This document shows, in pieces, positions 1 to 3,126 of a stretch of DNA of 3,126 nt (the first letter of the stretch is position 1; every line of letters begins with the position of its first letter). The stretch lies in sequence record PZ195124.1; one strand, 5' to 3'. This DNA comes from a phage. Made by a program: the position numbers and the translations under genes. The notes beneath the pieces were generated by a model. That model ran no database searches. It worked only from the letters and a program-made list of their open reading frames with translations, and was not told where the DNA came from.

Positions 1-58
1 GTTTTGCATAAGCGACTCATTCCTGCAGTCTTTTCACCATGCCGTTAGGTTTAGGTGA

Positions 59-82
59 CGGTATGTTCCACATACCGGAGGA
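59..82 (+). promoter_or_regulatory. 5' UTR stem-loop abutting the maturation-gene ribosome-binding site
   Basis: Read directly: CGGUAUG (59-65) pairs with CAUACCG (71-77) around loop UUCCA (66-70), a 7-bp perfect stem. Its last G (77) is the first base of the GGAGGA Shine-Dalgarno (77-82), which sits 4 nt before the ATG at 86. By analogy with MS2, maturation-gene translation is controlled by 5' leader folding; that is inference here. Confidence 0.45.
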
Positions 83-85
83 TCT

Positions 86-1258
86 ATGTTTCCGAAGTCC
101 AATATAGACAGAAATTACAAGGTCAAGCTTGTATCTTACGATAAGAAGGGTAGGTTGGTTTCCGACGACTCTTTCGAGCAAGTCGAAAACTACCTCTTTC
201 AAAATCGTTCGAACACGTATAAACCTGGTTATCTCCGTCGTGACTTTCGAAGACCAACAAACTTTTGGAATGGCTTTCGCTATTTCAATCAGCCCATTGG
301 TACCTTCACTCGGAAACTCTCTGATGGTGGGAGACAAGTCGCCGACTATGGTATCGTGAACCCTAATAAGTTCACGGCCAACAGTCAGCACTTGGGGGAC
401 AACATGGTAATTTACCCTGGTCCCTTTTCTATAAATATTGACCAGCGTGCTTCTGTCGAAGTCCTCAATAAACTTTCGCAATCCAACCTCAATATTGGGG
501 TTGCGATTGCTGAAGCTAAGATGACTGCTTCATTACTCGCTAGACAATCTATAGCTCTCATCAGAGCCTACACTGCCGCAAGGCGCGGTAATTGGCGAGA
601 GGTGTTTTCGCAACTCCTCATCTCCGAACACCGTTTCAGAGCTCCCGCTAGGGATCTCGGAGGTCGATGGCTCGAACTGCAGTACGGTTGGTTACCTCTC
701 ATGGGTGATATGAAGGCTGCATATGATTTGCTTACGCAAACCAAATTGCCTGCTTTCATGCCTCTAAGAGTTACCCGAACCGTTGGCGGCACGCATAATT
801 ATAAAGTGCGTAACGTTGAATCTGCAGGGGATACATGGTCTTACAGCGATCGCTTGTCGGTGAATTACCGAATATGGTATTTTATCTCCGATCCGCGACT
901 CGCATGGGCCAGTTCCCTCGGGCTTCTTAACCCTTTAGAAATTTTCTGGGAAAAGACGCCCTGGTCGTTCGTAGTTGACTGGTTCTTACCTGTCGGTAAT
1001 TTGATTGAAGCCATGAGTAATCCTCTTGGTCTCGATATCATATCCGGCACGAAAACCTGGCAACTCGAATCAAAACTTAATGCGACGCTTAAGGCATCGG
1101 GTTGGTCTGGAACTGCAAAGCTGTCTGCGTACGCCAAGGCGTATGACAGGTCAACTTTCTATTCCTTCCCTACTCCTTTGCCTTATGTGAAATCTCCACT
1201 TAGTGGACTTCACTTAGCGAATGCATTAGCCTTAATTAACCAACGCCTGAAAAGGTAA
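86..1258 (+). CDS. mat: Maturation (A / assembly) protein, 390 aa
   Basis: Intact ORF from ATG 86 to TAA 1256-1258. An in-frame TGA at 56-58 closes the frame upstream and no alternative start lies between it and 86. GGAGGA precedes at 77-82. The product carries blocks I recognise from the MS2-family A protein: [81 protein letters not shown] and a C-terminal [24 protein letters not shown]. First gene in the standard mat-cp-rep order. Confidence 0.93.
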   Translation: MFPKSNIDRNYKVKLVSYDKKGRLVSDDSFEQVENYLFQNRSNTYKPGYLRRDFRRPTNFWNGFRYFNQPIGTFTRKLSDGGRQVADYGIVNPNKFTANSQHLGDNMVIYPGPFSINIDQRASVEVLNKLSQSNLNIGVAIAEAKMTASLLARQSIALIRAYTAARRGNWREVFSQLLISEHRFRAPARDLGGRWLELQYGWLPLMGDMKAAYDLLTQTKLPAFMPLRVTRTVGGTHNYKVRNVESAGDTWSYSDRLSVNYRIWYFISDPRLAWASSLGLLNPLEIFWEKTPWSFVVDWFLPVGNLIEAMSNPLGLDIISGTKTWQLESKLNATLKASGWSGTAKLSAYAKAYDRSTFYSFPTPLPYVKSPLSGLHLANALALINQRLKR

Positions 1259-1262
1259 ATAC

Positions 1263-1279
1263 GGAGTTAGCCATATGGC
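1263..1279 (+). promoter_or_regulatory. Coat-gene ribosome-binding site and small palindrome around the start codon
   Basis: GGAG at 1263-1266 lies 8 nt before ATG 1275. GCCAUAUGGC (1270-1279) is self-complementary, giving a possible 3-bp stem GCC/GGC with loop AUAU that places the AUG in the loop and 3' arm. The stem is weak; a start-codon hairpin is known for MS2 coat but is only suggested here. Confidence 0.4.
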
Positions 1280-1667
1280 AACTTTACGCAATTTCGTACT
1301 CGTCGATAATGGCGGTACGGGGAATGTTACTGTCGTTCCTGTTAGCAATGCCAACGGCGTCGCTGAGTGGCTTTCTAATAACTCACGCAGTCAAGCTTAT
1401 CGCGTGACTGCAAGTTATCGTGCGTCGGGCGCGGATAAGCGCAAGTACACCATCAAACTCGAGGTACCGAAAATCGTTACCCAAGTTGTAAATGGTGTCG
1501 AGCTGCCTATCTCCGCATGGAAGGCTTATGCCTCCATTGACCTGACCATCCCGATCTTTGCTTCTACCGAAGATGTGACTGTTATTTCCAAGTCACTCGC
1601 CGGTTTGTTCAAAGTTGGGAACCCTGTTGCCGAAGCTATCTCTTCTCAGAGTGGCTTCTACGCTTAA
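1275..1667 (+). CDS. cp: Major capsid (coat) protein, 130 aa including the initiator Met
   Basis: ORF ATG 1275 to TAA 1665-1667. The product MATLRNFVLVDNGGTGNVTVVPVSNANGVAEWLSNNSRSQAYRVTASYRASGADKRKYTIKLEVPKIVTQVVNGVELPISAWKAYASIDLTIPIFAS... aligns along its whole length with the MS2 coat protein (FVLVDNGGTG.VTV, ANGVAEW, SNSRSQAY, RKYTIK.EVPK, GVELP, ELTIPIFA, GNP). From memory it is closer to the GA/BZ13 type. Length and position (second gene, 16 nt after mat) fit. Confidence 0.97.
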   Translation: MATLRNFVLVDNGGTGNVTVVPVSNANGVAEWLSNNSRSQAYRVTASYRASGADKRKYTIKLEVPKIVTQVVNGVELPISAWKAYASIDLTIPIFASTEDVTVISKSLAGLFKVGNPVAEAISSQSGFYA

Positions 1668-1858
1668 TGGGTCTGAAAGCAAAACATAAGGAAAACCTAT
1701 GTTCCGATTCACAGAGATCGAAAAGACTCTATGTATGGATCGCACTCGCGATTGTGCTATCCGATTTCACGTCTATCTTCAGTCATTGGATTTGGGGTCT
1801 TCTGATCCTCATTCTCCAGACTTTGATGGACTTGCCTACCTTCGTGATGAATGTTTAA
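1667..1858 (+). CDS. lys: Lysis protein L, 63 aa, single-pass membrane protein overprinted on the coat-replicase junction
   Basis: ORF ATG 1667-1669 to TAA 1856-1858. Its start overlaps the coat stop (UAAUG, 1665-1669) and 1699-1858 overlaps the replicase start in a different frame. The product has a basic N-terminal part (MGLKAKHKENLCSDSQRSKR) followed by a hydrophobic segment LYVWIALAIVLSDFTSIFSHWIWGLLILILQTLM with a Leu-Ser dipeptide (codons 1757-1762), as in MS2 L (LYVLIFLAIFLSKFT). No Shine-Dalgarno of its own, consistent with termination-coupled initiation. Confidence 0.85.
   Translation: MGLKAKHKENLCSDSQRSKRLYVWIALAIVLSDFTSIFSHWIWGLLILILQTLMDLPTFVMNV
1683..1703 (+). promoter_or_regulatory. 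Replicase translational operator hairpin (coat-protein binding site) containing the replicase SD and start codon
   Basis: AACAUAAGGAAAACCUAUGUU folds as lower stem 1683-1688 with 1698-1703, an unpaired A at 1689, upper stem G1690-C1697 and G1691-C1696, and loop AAAA 1692-1695. The replicase AUG (1699-1701) is in the 3' arm and AAGGA (1688-1692) acts as the SD. This matches the architecture of the MS2 operator ACAUGAGGAUUACCCAUGU (bulged A, 2-bp upper stem, 4-nt loop). Confidence 0.8.
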
Positions 1859-3126
1859 CTAAACATCCCTCACTGGGAGACAGTAATTCGGAAGCACGCC
1901 GTAAGGAATTGGCATATGCCAAACTTATGGATAGTGATCAAAGATGCAAAATCCAAAACAGCAACGGATACGACTACTCTCATATCGAGAGTGGCGTACT
2001 GAACGGTATACTCAAGACCGCTCAGGCCCTAATTGCAAACTTGCTCAAGGGTTTTGAATCTCACTTCCTGAACGATTGTTCGTTCTCCAACGGAGCCTCA
2101 CAAGGGTTCAAGTTGCAGGATGCAGCGCCGTTTAAGAAGATCGCTGGGCAAGCAACCGTTACAGCTCCTGCCTATGACATTGCCGTAGCCGCCGTTAAAA
2201 CGTGCGCGCCGTGGTATGTTTATATGCAGGAAACGTATGGTGATGAAACCAAATGGTTCCATCGGGTATACGGCAACGGTTTGTTTTCTGTTCCGAAGAA
2301 CAATAAAATAGATCGGGCTGCCTGTAAGGAGCCTGATATGAATATGTACCTTCAGAAAGGGGCGGGATCTTTTATAAGAAAACGCCTTCGCTCTGTCGGT
2401 ATAGATCTTAACGATCAAACGCGTAATCAGGAATTAGCCCGACTCGGCAGCATTGATGGTTCTCTCGCTACTATTGATCTCAGTAGCGCGAGTGATTCCA
2501 TCTCTGACCGCCTCGTTTGGGACCTGCTTCCTTCACACGTTTATTCATACCTCGCCCGCATTCGTTCATCATTCACTATGATTGATGGCCGTCTGCACAA
2601 GTGGGGTCTATTTTCTACCATGGGTAATGGCTTTACGTTTGAACTCGAGTCCATGATTTTCTGGGCTCTGAGTAAAAGCGTTATGCTGTCCATGGGTGTT
2701 ACTGGCTCATTAGGCATCTACGGTGACGATATAATCGTCCCTGTGCAGTGTGCCCCAACTCTCCTTAAGGTACTATCCGCTGTGAACTTTCTTCCTAACG
2801 AGAGGAAGACATTTACAACGGGTTACTTTCGTGAAAGTTGCGGTGCACACTACTTCAAAGGTGCCGACATGAAACCTTTTTACTGCAAGCGGCCAATGGA
2901 AACCCTTCCCGATGTCATGTTGCTTTGCAACAGGATAAGAGGTTGGCAGACCGTTGGTGGAATGTCAGATCCGCGGCTCTATCCAATTTGGAAAGAGTTC
3001 GCTGATATGATTCCGCCGAAGTTTAAGGGTGGATGCAACCTGGATCGCGATACTTACCTCGTTTCACCGGATAAACCCGGTGTTACTTTAGTTCGTGTCG
3101 CTAAGGTACGTTCTGGTTTTAACCAT
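1699..3126 (+). CDS. rep: RNA-dependent RNA polymerase (replicase beta subunit), 3'-truncated by the window edge; 476 codons present
   Basis: Hand translation from ATG 1699 to 3126 gives 476 codons with no stop: MFRFTEIEKTLCMDRTRDCAIRFHVYLQSLDLGSSDPHSPDFDGLAYLRDECLTKHPSLG ... GIYGDDIIVP ... FLPNERKTFTTGYFRESCGAHYFKG ... GGMSDPRLY. Shared blocks with the MS2 replicase include LQDAAP.KK, GNG.F.VPKNNKIDRAACKEPDMNMYLQKG, SVGIDLNDQ, GSLATIDLSSASDSISDRLVW, FSTMGNGFTFELESMIFWA, GIYGDDII, NFLPNE.KTFTTGYFRESCGAHY.KG and GGMSDPRLY. It is absent from the ORF track only because it lacks an in-window stop. Confidence 0.97.
   Translation, partial: MFRFTEIEKTLCMDRTRDCAIRFHVYLQSLDLGSSDPHSPDFDGLAYLRDECLTKHPSLGDSNSEARRKELAYAKLMDSDQRCKIQNSNGYDYSHIESGVLNGILKTAQALIANLLKGFESHFLNDCSFSNGASQGFKLQDAAPFKKIAGQATVTAPAYDIAVAAVKTCAPWYVYMQETYGDETKWFHRVYGNGLFSVPKNNKIDRAACKEPDMNMYLQKGAGSFIRKRLRSVGIDLNDQTRNQELARLGSIDGSLATIDLSSASDSISDRLVWDLLPSHVYSYLARIRSSFTMIDGRLHKWGLFSTMGNGFTFELESMIFWALSKSVMLSMGVTGSLGIYGDDIIVPVQCAPTLLKVLSAVNFLPNERKTFTTGYFRESCGAHYFKGADMKPFYCKRPMETLPDVMLLCNRIRGWQTVGGMSDPRLYPIWKEFADMIPPKFKGGCNLDRDTYLVSPDKPGVTLVRVAKVRSGFNH
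2719..2730 (+). other. Replicase catalytic motif C (YGDD)
   Basis: Codons TAC GGT GAC GAT at 2719-2730 are in the replicase frame within GIYGDDIIVP. The upstream motif-A-like IDLSSASDS (Asp codons 2476-2478 and 2494-2496) and motif-B-like STMGNGFTFELE (2614-2649) are also read directly. Confidence 0.9.

Noticed and set aside
129-359. 76-aa plus-strand ORF inside the maturation gene in another frame
   Set aside because: It is fully embedded in mat, has no Shine-Dalgarno, and no overlapping gene is known at this position in the family. L is the only established overprinted gene, and it sits at the cp/rep junction.
17-481. 154-aa ORF on the minus strand, plus minus-strand ORFs 568..792, 865..1137 and 2098..2418
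   Set aside because: All lie antisense to well-supported phage genes. In ssRNA phages the minus strand is only a replication intermediate and is not translated. None has an RBS or a recognisable product, so they are chance open frames.
1665-1700. Possible coat-protein read-through extension (Qbeta A1-like)
   Set aside because: The coat stop is UAA followed by U, not the leaky UGA context used by Qbeta-type phages. In the coat frame the next codons are UGG GUC UGA (stop at 1674-1676), so any read-through would add only two residues.
720-1919. Three CATATG (NdeI) sites, one exactly at the coat start codon (1272-1277; others at 720-725 and 1914-1919)
   Set aside because: It could hint at an engineered expression construct, but the flanking sequence is continuous native phage genome with the natural upstream gene and SD. 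Three hexamer hits in 3.1 kb is within chance.
1-3126. DNA-type elements: sigma70 promoters, rho-independent terminators, tRNA/rRNA genes, CRISPR repeats, IS elements
   Set aside because: None seen. The genome is an RNA replicon, so promoter-like AT-rich hexamers would be meaningless, and there are no direct repeat arrays or tRNA-like cloverleaf sequences.

Overview
The window reads as a cDNA copy of most of a positive-sense ssRNA coliphage genome (Fiersviridae, formerly Leviviridae), not a piece of a DNA chromosome. All coding is on the + strand in the canonical order: maturation (A) protein 86..1258, coat protein 1275..1667, an overprinted 63-aa lysis protein 1667..1858, and the RNA-dependent RNA replicase from 1699 running off the 3' edge. 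The replicase is missing from the supplied ORF track only because it has no stop codon inside the window; I translated it by hand as 476 codons with no stop and a GIYGDD catalytic motif. The coat protein and the 63-aa lysis protein look like the GA/BZ13 group (genogroup II, Emesvirus) rather than MS2 itself, but that placement rests on recalled sequences, not a search. Control is RNA-based: a coat-operator-like hairpin holds the replicase start codon, the coat stop and lysis start overlap as UAAUG, and a stem-loop abuts the maturation-gene Shine-Dalgarno. I see no sign of an inserted or novel gene; the organisation is the textbook levivirus one, so the findings are about how this particular variant is built. 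Both genome termini appear to lie outside the window.
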